NCBI GenBank assembly: GCA_046313635.1
Contig: JBKBYA010000002.1
Location: 352,001-416,000 of the forward strand
DNA from: Pyrinomonadaceae bacterium
GTDB lineage: Bacteria > Acidobacteriota > Blastocatellia > Pyrinomonadales > Pyrinomonadaceae
Direction: 5' to 3'
Length of the DNA stretch: 64,000 bases
Shown here: piece by piece, positions 30,355 through 39,599 of the stretch
Layout: the number at the start of each line of letters is the position of its first letter
Numbering within the stretch: the first letter of the stretch is position 1
Position numbers and translations under genes: made by a program
Notes under the pieces: model-generated
Seen by the model: the letters and a program-made list of their open reading frames with translations, nothing else
Told to the model about the DNA's origin: nothing
Databases searched by the model: none

Positions 30355-32166
30355 CTAAATTACGTTCGGCTCCTCAGAAAGATGTAGCTCCTCGGCAAAC
30401 TGGAGCTCGTAAAGTCTCTTGTAGCGGCCGCGGCGCCGCAGCAGCTCGTCGTGCGTGCCGCGCTCGACGATGCGGCCGCGCTCCATCACGACGATCAGGT
30501 CGGCGCGGCGAATGGTCGACAGACGGTGCGCGATGACGATCGAGGTCTTGTCCTTCATCAGGTTGGCGAGCGCTTTTTGGACGAGACGTTCGGATTCGGC
30601 GTCGAGGGCCGACGTGGCCTCGTCGAGGATCAGCACCGGTGCATTCACCAGCACGGCCCGGGCGATAGCGAGCCTCTGCCGCTGGCCGCCCGAGAGAAAG
30701 ATGCCGCGCTCGCCGACGAGCGTCTCGTATCGGTGGGGCAATTCGTCGATAAAGTCGTCGGCAAATGCGATGCGTGCCGCTTCGGCGATCTGCTCGTCGG
30801 TCGCATCGGGGCGGCCGTAAGAGATGTTGTAACGCACCGTGTCGTTAAAGAGCACCGTCTCCTGCGTGACAAGCGCGATCTGCCGCTTGAGACTGGCGAG
30901 GCGAGCGTCGCGCAGGTCGACGTCGTCCCAATAGATCGCGCCTGAGGTCGGATCGTATAGCCGCTGGACGAGCTTGATCAAGCTGGATTTGCCGCCGCCG
31001 CTCTCGCCGACGAGCGCGACGACCGAGCCCTTTGGAACTTCAAGCGTGATGTCGTCGAGGATCTTGCGGTCGCTGCTGCCGTACTCGAACGAGACGTGAT
31101 CGATGCGGATCGATCGCTGAAGCGGCTTGAGTTCGACGGCGTCAGGTCGCTCGGGCAGCGTGTCGTCCTCGTCGAGCACCGACCAGACGTCCTTTGCCGC
31201 GGCAAACGCCTTTGTGATCTCGTTATGCTGGCGCGAGATGCGCCGCATCGGGTCGTAGCTGCGAAAGAGAAAATACAAAAAGGTAAAGAACTGCGCTGCG
31301 TCCATCCGCGCCGAGTTGATCTCTCGCAGACCGAAATAAAAGAACGCGACCATCATCACGACGCCGATGATCTCGATCGTCGGCGGCGACGTCGCGGCGA
31401 TCCGTCCGGAGCGAAGATTGGCTCGCGCGATCAGGCGCGCGACGCGTGCAAAGCGTTCCTTCTCGCGCGGCTCGGCGAGATAAGCCTTGACGATCGCGTG
31501 ATTGGAGATCGCCTCCTGCGCGGTGTCGGTGAGCTGCTTGTTGCCCTCGAACGAGACCTCGGCCATCCGCCTGAGCGCGCGGCTGAATTTGGATGTCAGC
31601 ACGGCGATCACAGGCGCGATGATCAGCGCGCCGAGCATCAGCCTCCAATTGAAATAGAACGCCGCCGCAAAAAAGCAGATGAGCATAAAGCTCTCGCGCA
31701 AAACGTCGCGCAGGTTTGCCGACACCGCGAGCTCGATCGCCGAGCAGCTCACGACGAGCCTCGACACCAGAAAGTTCGTTCGATGACGCTCGAAGAATGT
31801 CGCCGACTGCTTGAGCAGATGGTCGTACAGCTCGCTCCGCAGCTGCAGGATCGCCGACTGGCCGATCTTCGCCATCAGATACGACGAGAAGTACTCCGCC
31901 ACGCCCTTGCAGATCGTGAACGCGAAGAGCAGCACCGAGATCATCATCCACGCGCGAAACCAATCGTCACGCGGTATCAGGCTGTGCAGGTCGAACAGCG
32001 TCTTGGACTCGCGGGCCGTATTCGGCAGGAACTGGTCAAAGATCGGCACGAGCAGAGCACCCGTCGCCGTCTCGAATACCGCGACGAGGACCATCGCGAC
32101 GATAGCGAGGACGAATGTCAGCCAGTGCGGTCTGACATATTTGAGCAATCGTCGGAAGTCGTTCAT
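30355..32166 (-). CDS. MsbA-like ABC exporter (TMD+NBD)
   Basis: TM domain plus GESGGGKS, LSGGQRQR, ILDEATSALD, IAHRLST. Confidence 0.92.
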   Translation of the reverse strand: MNDFRRLLKYVRPHWLTFVLAIVAMVLVAVFETATGALLVPIFDQFLPNTARESKTLFDLHSLIPRDDWFRAWMMISVLLFAFTICKGVAEYFSSYLMAKIGQSAILQLRSELYDHLLKQSATFFERHRTNFLVSRLVVSCSAIELAVSANLRDVLRESFMLICFFAAAFYFNWRLMLGALIIAPVIAVLTSKFSRALRRMAEVSFEGNKQLTDTAQEAISNHAIVKAYLAEPREKERFARVARLIARANLRSGRIAATSPPTIEIIGVVMMVAFFYFGLREINSARMDAAQFFTFLYFLFRSYDPMRRISRQHNEITKAFAAAKDVWSVLDEDDTLPERPDAVELKPLQRSIRIDHVSFEYGSSDRKILDDITLEVPKGSVVALVGESGGGKSSLIKLVQRLYDPTSGAIYWDDVDLRDARLASLKRQIALVTQETVLFNDTVRYNISYGRPDATDEQIAEAARIAFADDFIDELPHRYETLVGERGIFLSGGQRQRLAIARAVLVNAPVLILDEATSALDAESERLVQKALANLMKDKTSIVIAHRLSTIRRADLIVVMERGRIVERGTHDELLRRRGRYKRLYELQFAEELHLSEEPNVI

Positions 32167-32291
32167 CGCGCGTCGAAGAAGGTTGAATATACTTTACGAG
32201 CCGACCCAAGTCCAAACACTTGATTTTGCAACTCGCGTCCCGGATGTGGCATCTTTTTTTCAGAACTTACCGGCCCTTTCGGAGATCAAAT

Positions 32292-33839
32292 ATGAAAAAA
32301 CTGAACGCTTTTTTCCTTTCGCTGGGACTGCTTTTGTTCGTTTCGGCCGCCGCGGCGCACGCGCAGGTCGACGTGGCGCGAAAGACGACGGCCATCACGT
32401 ACCCGCTGGATGAGGTCGTGATGGTGCCGTTTCGGGGCACGACGCGATTTCCGAGGATGAAGGGCGAGGCAAAGGTGAAACGCACGAGCCGCAACGGTAC
32501 AGAGATCGAACTTTCGGTGTCGAAGATGCCGCGGCCCTTTGAGCTCGGAGCGGGATATGCGACGTACGTCCTGTGGGCCGTCTCGCCCGACGGGCAGGTG
32601 GACAATCTCGGCGAGATCAAGCGTCGCGGGTTCTTTGAGTTTGACTCCAGGATCAGCGTGACGACGCCGCTGCAGACCTTTGCGCTGATCATCACGGCCG
32701 AGCCGCACTTTCTCGTCCGGCGGCCGAGCCAGGCGATCATGCTCGAGAATGTAAATCCGTACACGACGAGCGGCAAGACCGTTTCGACGTCGGCGGCAGT
32801 GCAGTACTTCGGCAACTCGAGCGATTACTTTCGCGACCCGCGAACGCCTGAGATCGCGGAGATAGATTATTCAAAGACGCCTTCGACGATCCTGCAGGCC
32901 AAGCAGGCCGTCGCGCTTGCACGGTATGCCGGAGCCGAGCGCGACGCTCCGGAAGAACTCCGCTCGGCCGAGAGTTTGCTGAAGAATGCCGAAGACGCTT
33001 GGCGCGCCGGCCGCGCCGAAGAGAACGTGGACATCACCGCGCGTCAGGCGGTGAGCGCCGCGGTCAAGGCCGAGTCGACCGCGCTAGTACGCAAAGAGGC
33101 CCGCGATAAGCGCAATGAAAAGCTCCGCTCCGATGAAGAGATCCGAAAGGCCGAGGACCGATACGTCGAGGCGCAGAATCAGATCGCGGAGCTCCGCCAG
33201 GCGCTTGCCGACGAGACACGCACACGCGAGCTCAGCGAGCGCGACAAGGCGAACTACTTTGCCCAGATCAGAGAGCTGCAGAACGAGAATGCGCGGCTCC
33301 GCGACGAGCTCGTCAAGGCAAGGGCCGACGCTGACGCGGCAAGGGCCCGCGTCGCGACGCTCGAGGGCGAGAACCGCGCCGTCCGCAGCGAGGCCGAAAG
33401 GCAGGAGCGGGCCTATCGCCTGCAGGCAAACGAGCCGTCGGTCATCGCCGCGCTCAAGAGCGTCGGGGCCGTCGTCAAGAATGAACGCGGCATCGTCGTG
33501 ACGCTGCCCGAGAATATGTGGTCGGGAATTCGCTCGGCGGCCTTTGGCCCATCGGCCGATCCGCGGATCACCGCCGTCGCCAACGTTCTCCTCGGCAACG
33601 CCGATTACGCCGTGACGATCGAGTCGCACACCGACGCCGGCGGCCCGCCCGAAGAGATGCATAATCTGACTTCGCAAAGAGCCGGAGCCATCGCCGCTCG
33701 TCTGCGCGATCTGGGGATCGACGAGACAAGGATCAGGGCCGCGGGACTCGGAGCATCGCTGCCGGTCGCGCCGAATACGACCAATGCAAACCGCGCAAAG
33801 AATCGCCGCGTACAGATCATCCTGACGCCGACGATCTAG
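32292..33839 (+). CDS. Secreted OmpA-family protein with DUF4398-like and coiled-coil regions
   Basis: Signal peptide; C-terminal IESHTD...RA..I...G.GAS.PVAPN...NRRVQI. Confidence 0.85.
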   Translation: MKKLNAFFLSLGLLLFVSAAAAHAQVDVARKTTAITYPLDEVVMVPFRGTTRFPRMKGEAKVKRTSRNGTEIELSVSKMPRPFELGAGYATYVLWAVSPDGQVDNLGEIKRRGFFEFDSRISVTTPLQTFALIITAEPHFLVRRPSQAIMLENVNPYTTSGKTVSTSAAVQYFGNSSDYFRDPRTPEIAEIDYSKTPSTILQAKQAVALARYAGAERDAPEELRSAESLLKNAEDAWRAGRAEENVDITARQAVSAAVKAESTALVRKEARDKRNEKLRSDEEIRKAEDRYVEAQNQIAELRQALADETRTRELSERDKANYFAQIRELQNENARLRDELVKARADADAARARVATLEGENRAVRSEAERQERAYRLQANEPSVIAALKSVGAVVKNERGIVVTLPENMWSGIRSAAFGPSADPRITAVANVLLGNADYAVTIESHTDAGGPPEEMHNLTSQRAGAIAARLRDLGIDETRIRAAGLGASLPVAPNTTNANRAKNRRVQIILTPTI

Positions 33840-33903
33840 GCCGGCGAATCAAACTTCAAAAGAAGAAGGGTCTGTCGAGAAAGCCGTTTCGAAAAAAGGG
33901 ATA

Positions 33904-33967
33904 ACTATCCACTATCCGCTATTAACTACCCACTGGATCATTCAGTGTGTAGTTGATAGCGGATGGT
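33904..33967. repeat. Inverted repeat built from ACTATCC-like heptamers
   Basis: ACTATCCGCTATTAACTACCCACTG versus reverse complement of CAGTGTGTAGTTGATAGCGGATGGT (22/25 identity). Confidence 0.75.
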
Positions 33968-34000
33968 CGCGCTGGCCGGGGCTTCTCGCACAGCCGCTTT

Positions 34001-34930
34001 TTACGTTCGCAAAACGTGGATGCGGTCGGGCGGCAGACCGAGCATGCACTCAACGCCGGGAGTAAGGCCGACGACACGGAAGACACGCGCCTCGAGAGCG
34101 AGGCCGCCGGCGTCGAACGAGACCAGCGTCGTCGCACCGAGCGGACGGATCGCGGTGACGACGGCGCGGAGGAGATTGTCCTCTGGGAACGACGCGCCGA
34201 ATGAGATCGAGATGTCCTCGGGTCTGATCGCGAGCGAGACGTTTTGATTGATGGCGCCGAGGCGGGCGATATCGGCCCGCTGCGTGAAGAGCCTATGCTC
34301 GCCGGTGATCGTGACGAATTCGGGCTGTTCGGCCTTGCTCGAGGTCAGACGGCGAGCGGCAAAGATATTGTTGCGGCCGGTGAGACGCGCGACGGCCGTC
34401 GTCTCGGGATTTTCGTACACGTCCTGCGGTCGTCCAGACTGCGCGACCTCGCCATTCGCGATGACAAATACCTTGTCGCACGCGAAGCAAAGCGTTTCGA
34501 AGTCGCTCGAGGCGATGATGACCGTGCGGGCTCCCGCAGCCGTCGACGAGCGCAGCCGATCTATCCAGTCAAACCTCGATTGTTCGTCGCGGCCCGCGAA
34601 GGGCTCGTCGAGCAAAAGCGTGCCGGCCTCGCCGTCGAGCGCGGCCGCCAGCGCCGCGTCGTCAAGGCCCGGCCGCGCCGCATCATTTCTTAGAATCCGC
34701 TGCAGAAGCGAGAGCTTGGGCTGCCCGACCAGCCGCGCGCGTTCAAAGCCGCCGAGCACTCCCGTTGACGGGGTCTCGACACCGGCGAGTATGCGAAGGA
34801 GCGTCGTCTTGCCGCCGCCTCTCGCCGCCAGAATGCCGGCGACCTGTCCTTTTTCGATGTCGAGAGTGATGTCGCGAAAGACCCAGGTGTCGCCGTATCT
34901 CCGGGAAAGATTACGAGTCGTAAGCGGCAT
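34001..34930 (-). CDS. Degenerate ABC-type ATPase with C-terminal TOBE-like domain
   Basis: Walker A-like AARGGGKTT, Walker B LLLDEPF, IRPEDI; no LSGGQ signature; H-loop reads ASSD. Confidence 0.75.
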   Translation of the reverse strand: MPLTTRNLSRRYGDTWVFRDITLDIEKGQVAGILAARGGGKTTLLRILAGVETPSTGVLGGFERARLVGQPKLSLLQRILRNDAARPGLDDAALAAALDGEAGTLLLDEPFAGRDEQSRFDWIDRLRSSTAAGARTVIIASSDFETLCFACDKVFVIANGEVAQSGRPQDVYENPETTAVARLTGRNNIFAARRLTSSKAEQPEFVTITGEHRLFTQRADIARLGAINQNVSLAIRPEDISISFGASFPEDNLLRAVVTAIRPLGATTLVSFDAGGLALEARVFRVVGLTPGVECMLGLPPDRIHVLRT

Positions 34931-35022
34931 AATTTAAGGAATTTGGAACACCATCGAGGCTGGGCCGTGCAAAGAAAAGTATGCTTTTGTCATCACATTA
35001 AAGCAAGTATACTGTCGACGCG

Positions 35023-35286
35023 ATGGCTGAGCAGAAAAAGTCTTTGAAACGCAAGATCATTCACGCCGGAGGCTGGCAGGTCGCCAAGCGCGCGGCAAAG
35101 ATGGTGCCCTTCGGCGGAACGGTGCTGGCGGTCGGCCTGGTCGGTCACGACATCCGAAAAAAAGGCGTCGTCAAGGGCGTGATAAATTCGGGCCTCGACG
35201 CGATCCCGGTGATCGGTCTCGCCAAGAATGCGGTCGAGCTTTTTACCGGCGACTTTTTGCCAGACAAGACGCCGAAAAAGAAATAG
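35023..35286 (+). CDS. Small basic hypothetical protein
   Basis: 87-aa ORF with coding-like codon usage; TATACT 9 nt upstream. Confidence 0.7.
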   Translation: MAEQKKSLKRKIIHAGGWQVAKRAAKMVPFGGTVLAVGLVGHDIRKKGVVKGVINSGLDAIPVIGLAKNAVELFTGDFLPDKTPKKK

Positions 35287-35289
35287 GCG

Positions 35290-36036
35290 GTGAAAATGTT
35301 CAGAGCTTTAAGATTCAACACCCTCACGCTGGTCTCGCTCGCCGCGCTCGCGACGCTAGTGAGCCTGCCGGCCGACGCGCAGACCCGTAAAAAGAAGCGG
35401 ACCAAGCGTGCGACCGCCAACGTCGTCACAACGCTCCCGACGCCGCCGGCAGGCGACGCGAGCGTCGTCAGCCGAGCTGACGAATATCAGGAGAACTCGG
35501 TCATCGTCGACCCGTCGGCGCAGCCCGCGGGCGCGGCGAGTACCGTCTCGCCGACCGACGATGCGAACGCGCGGCGGATCAAGGACATTCAATCGCGCGT
35601 CAAGCGGCTCGAGTCAGCCAAGCCGAGCGACGAGGCCGAGCGGCAGCGGGCGCTCGCGGCCAATCTCGACATTTTGACCAAGGCCGAGCAGAGGGCCGAG
35701 TCGATGAGACGGCAGCGGTTTGAGCTGATCGAGAAACAGAACGCCATTCAGTCGCGGCTTGATCAGATAGAGATCGACATTCGCCCGGAAATGATCGAGC
35801 GGCAAGCCGCGATGGCCGGCTCGCTGCGGCCCGAGGAGCTCCGGGAGGCGCGCCGGCGGAGCCTCGAATCGGAGCGGCGAAACCTGCAGACGCTGCTTAC
35901 CGACATCACGGCCGCGCGCGCGAAGCTGGAACTCAACCTCCAACGCGCCGAGGCTCTCGTGGACAAGCTCCGCGATAAGCTCGACGTCGAGATCGACGCG
36001 GCGATCGAGCCGGCAAAAAAGCCCGACGAACAATAG
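35290..36036 (+). CDS. Secreted coiled-coil hypothetical protein
   Basis: Signal peptide (ADA-Q) and long heptad-rich helical region. Confidence 0.8.
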   Translation: MKMFRALRFNTLTLVSLAALATLVSLPADAQTRKKKRTKRATANVVTTLPTPPAGDASVVSRADEYQENSVIVDPSAQPAGAASTVSPTDDANARRIKDIQSRVKRLESAKPSDEAERQRALAANLDILTKAEQRAESMRRQRFELIEKQNAIQSRLDQIEIDIRPEMIERQAAMAGSLRPEELREARRRSLESERRNLQTLLTDITAARAKLELNLQRAEALVDKLRDKLDVEIDAAIEPAKKPDEQ

Positions 36037-36147
36037 TCACCGACAATTCCGATCCACGTGCAAGCGGCCGGTCGTCCGGCCGTTCCGCTTTACGGATACA
36101 CAATGTCGCGGCTCCCGCGGCGTCAATTCGTCAAAGAGGAGATTGCA

Positions 36148-38403
36148 ATGAGGATACGAGCTTTTTTATTCGTCTCGGCGGCCCTTTTGGCCGCGTTCGT
36201 CTTTTGTCAGCGAACACCCGCGCAGGGCGTGATCGTGCCGATCATCTGCGACGTACGGCCGTGCCGTCCGGTCCCTCGTCCGGTCCCGCTGCCAAACGTG
36301 CTGCCGGTCAAGTCGATCAAGATCGACGTCAAGATCGACGGCCAGGTCGCCACGACCCACGTCGAGCAGGTCTTTAGGAACGACACGCCGCACACGCTCG
36401 AGGGAACGTACTTTTTCCCGATAGCCGAGTCGGCCTCGATCTCGAGCTTCGCGATCTGGGAGAACGGCAAGCGTCTCAGCGGCGAGGTGCGCTCGCGCGA
36501 CGAGGCTCGTCGGATCTACGACGAGATCGTTCGCCGCCAGCGCGACCCGGGCCTGCTCGAGTACGCGGGCAAAGATCTGTTTCAGGCGTCGATCTTTCCG
36601 ATCCCTCCAAATTCTGACAAAAAGCTCGAGCTGACCTACACGCAGGTGCTCAAGGTCGAGTCCGGAACGGCGGCCTACAGGTACCCGCTCGGCACCGGGC
36701 GAAACCTCTGGACGCCGCGGCCCGAGCCTCTGGCGGCAAACCCTCGCGGACAGGGTAACGCGCAGCAGTTCGGGACGGTATCCGGCCGCGTGGAGGTCGC
36801 GGCGCGCGAGCCGCTCCGCAATATCTATTCGCCGTCTCACGCGATCGACGTCAAGAAAAAGGGGGAGACCTCGGCCGTCGTGACGTTTGAGACGAGCAGC
36901 AGCGACAGCGACTTCGAACTCTTTTACGGCTTGTCGGACAAAGACGTCGGGATGTCTCTGCTGACCTACCGCGAACCCGGAAAGGACGGTTACTTTCTGC
37001 TGATGATCTCGCCTCGCGACACGCTGTCGGACCGCGAGCTCGAGAACAAGGACATCGTTTTCGTCATCGACACGAGCGGCTCGATGGCAGACGAAGGCAA
37101 GATGGACAAGGCGCGCTCGGCGCTGCTCTTCGGCATCCGGTCGCTGCGCGAGGGCGATCGCTTTAACGTCATCAGCTTTGCCGGCGAAGAGCGTCTGATG
37201 GAGCGCCGGCCGATCGCGGCGGACGCGGCGGGCAAGCGTCGCGGCGAAGAGTTTGTCAACGCGCTCCGGCCGAGCGGCGGCACGAATATCAACGATTCGC
37301 TCGTGGCCTCGCTCAAGCAGTTCGGATCAGATCGCGGCGGCCGGCCGAAGATGCTCGTCTTTATGACCGACGGGCTGCCGACCGTCGGCGAGGCGAATAT
37401 CGACAAGATCGTCGCCAACGTGCGCGCGGCCAGGAGCGCGGGAATTCGCGTCTTTCCGTTCGGCTTCGGTTACGACGTCAACACCGCACTCCTTGACCGG
37501 CTCGGTTCGGAGAACGACGGCGTCTCGGATTACGTGCAGCCTAAAGAGGACCTCGAGATCAAGGTCTCAAACTTCTTCTCGCGCGTCAGCTCGCCCGTGC
37601 TCTCCGACATCGAGCTCGACTTTGGCCGGGCCGAGACCGATCTCACATACCCGCGAAAGGTGAGCAATCTGTTTCGCGGCGGGCAGATCGCGATCATCGG
37701 GCGATACAAGAATTCGTCCGACATCCGCGACATGGCGATCACCGTGAGAGGCCGATCGGCCGGCGAAGTGCGGAGCTTTGCATTCGGTGACGCCGACTTT
37801 CCGCTGCAGAGCGGCGAGAACGCATTCCTCCCGCGTCTGTGGGCATCGCGTCGCGTCGGCTGGCTGATCGAGCAGATCCGCCTCAACGGCGAAACAAAAG
37901 AGCTGCGAGACGAGGTCACCGAGCTCGGCACGCGCTACGGCATCGTCACGCCGTACACGTCGTATCTCGCGACGGACGGCAGCTTCCGCCAGGCGGACCG
38001 CGCATCGATGGACGCCGTGCTGCTGGCACCCGCGGCTAAGGCAGTGCGCGCTCAGAGCGGAGCCGGAGCGGTGCAGATGAGCATTCAGCAAAACTCGATG
38101 CAATCGAATATGCGCGTCGCCGCCGAGGCCGCCAAAAAGGACGCCGGCGAGGAGATCCTGATCCGCAACAGCCAGCAGACGCAGTTTGTCGGGAACAAGA
38201 ATTTCCAGAATCAAAACAACGTCTGGGTCGACGTCGAGTATTCGGACAAGACAAAGCTGCCCGAGCGCAAGCTGCAGTTCCTGAGCGCCGAGTACCTCGA
38301 TCTCGTCCGCCGTGAGCCGGCACTCGCCCAATATCTCTCGCTGGGCGAAGAAGTGGTCCTCGTCTGGAAAGATACGGTCTATCGCATCACGAATCGGCCG
38401 TAG
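36148..38403 (+). CDS. Secreted VIT and vWA domain protein
   Basis: GAGGAG SD; VIT (A.T.VEQVF.N...EG.YFFP; DPGLLE); MIDAS DTSGSM, GGTNI, MTDG. Confidence 0.9.
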   Translation: MRIRAFLFVSAALLAAFVFCQRTPAQGVIVPIICDVRPCRPVPRPVPLPNVLPVKSIKIDVKIDGQVATTHVEQVFRNDTPHTLEGTYFFPIAESASISSFAIWENGKRLSGEVRSRDEARRIYDEIVRRQRDPGLLEYAGKDLFQASIFPIPPNSDKKLELTYTQVLKVESGTAAYRYPLGTGRNLWTPRPEPLAANPRGQGNAQQFGTVSGRVEVAAREPLRNIYSPSHAIDVKKKGETSAVVTFETSSSDSDFELFYGLSDKDVGMSLLTYREPGKDGYFLLMISPRDTLSDRELENKDIVFVIDTSGSMADEGKMDKARSALLFGIRSLREGDRFNVISFAGEERLMERRPIAADAAGKRRGEEFVNALRPSGGTNINDSLVASLKQFGSDRGGRPKMLVFMTDGLPTVGEANIDKIVANVRAARSAGIRVFPFGFGYDVNTALLDRLGSENDGVSDYVQPKEDLEIKVSNFFSRVSSPVLSDIELDFGRAETDLTYPRKVSNLFRGGQIAIIGRYKNSSDIRDMAITVRGRSAGEVRSFAFGDADFPLQSGENAFLPRLWASRRVGWLIEQIRLNGETKELRDEVTELGTRYGIVTPYTSYLATDGSFRQADRASMDAVLLAPAAKAVRAQSGAGAVQMSIQQNSMQSNMRVAAEAAKKDAGEEILIRNSQQTQFVGNKNFQNQNNVWVDVEYSDKTKLPERKLQFLSAEYLDLVRREPALAQYLSLGEEVVLVWKDTVYRITNRP

Positions 38404-38500
38404 CCGGTCAGGCGTGCGTTAGGCGAGGGTGATTTTTCTCGATCGTGCGGTTATTCTATCGAGAAATATCACCCTCTGTTTTTGGAGTCGGAACGCCGTC

Positions 38501-39463
38501 ATGAAGAGCATAATTTCGATGATCTCGCTTCTGTTCTTTGCGGCCGGGCCCGCCGCCGCGCAGTCCGCCTGGGCGCCGTCAAAGGCGCCCACAAATGCCG
38601 ATCTGGTGGCCGTCTATTTCACCTCGTCAAAGACCGGCTGGGTCGCCGGTGACGGCGGATACCTGGCTGCGACCGGCGACGGCGGCCGCACCTGGGTTCG
38701 ACAGGCGATCTCGACGACCGAGAACATCAACGAGATCTACTTTCGCAACGACGACAACGGGTATCTGGTCGCCGGTACAAAGCTCTTTATCACGCGAGAC
38801 GGCGGCCGCTCGTGGGTCGAGACACGCATCCACGATCCCCGAGAATTCGGCGGTGCGACGCCGGAATTCTTGAGCATCCGTTTTGCCGACAAGAAGCGCG
38901 GCCTCGCGATCGGCTCGCTTTTGAACGCAAAGGGCGACGTCGTCGACTCGCTCGTGATGCGCACGGTCGACGGCGGCGAGACCTGGAAGCGTGTGCGTGT
39001 GCCGTCGCGGCTCGAGCTGTTTCATCTGGACTTTAACGGCAGCGACCGCGCCTGGATCGTCGGCGACCAGGGGCTGATCCTCGCCACCGCCGACAGCGGG
39101 GCCACGTGGCGTGTGCAGCCGAGCGGAACGACCGCCGCGCTCTTTAACGTCGACTTCAGGGATGACGAAGAGGGATATGCGGTCGGCGAGACCGGCACGA
39201 TCCTGCGGACCGACAACGGCGGATCGAGATGGGAAAAGGTCAAGACCGCCTGGCGCGACACGCTGATGCGGGTCGATTTTGCCGACGACAAGAACGGCTG
39301 GGCCGTCGGCCACCGCGGAACCATCTTGCGAAGCTCGGACAGGGGCCGGAGCTGGGTGCGGCAGGAGAGCCGCACGACCGCAAACCTTTACGGGCTCTTC
39401 CTGACCAAAAAGTTCGGATTTGCCGTCGGAGCGGACGGCACGCTCGTCAACTATTTAAAATAA
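38501..39463 (+). CDS. YCF48-related BNR-repeat beta-propeller protein
   Basis: Signal peptide; repeated T.DGG.TW (Asp-box) and G[WY].VG..G.IL motifs. Confidence 0.9.
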   Translation: MKSIISMISLLFFAAGPAAAQSAWAPSKAPTNADLVAVYFTSSKTGWVAGDGGYLAATGDGGRTWVRQAISTTENINEIYFRNDDNGYLVAGTKLFITRDGGRSWVETRIHDPREFGGATPEFLSIRFADKKRGLAIGSLLNAKGDVVDSLVMRTVDGGETWKRVRVPSRLELFHLDFNGSDRAWIVGDQGLILATADSGATWRVQPSGTTAALFNVDFRDDEEGYAVGETGTILRTDNGGSRWEKVKTAWRDTLMRVDFADDKNGWAVGHRGTILRSSDRGRSWVRQESRTTANLYGLFLTKKFGFAVGADGTLVNYLK

Positions 39464-39492
39464 AGGCAAAACAAAAACGACCTGTATCCCAG

Positions 39493-39512
39493 GGTTAACA
39501 CTTTTGTTAACC
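39493..39512. promoter_or_regulatory. Perfect palindrome GGTTAACA-N4-TGTTAACC upstream of TonB-dependent receptor
   Basis: 8-bp inverted repeat directly before a TG-n-TATCGT extended -10-like element. Confidence 0.55.
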
Positions 39513-39599
39513 TGTGCTATCGTACATCACAATTCCTAACCCATAATCCTTCGGTCGATAAGGATTCGTTATACATAAACCTAACCTTTTGGAGGAGTG

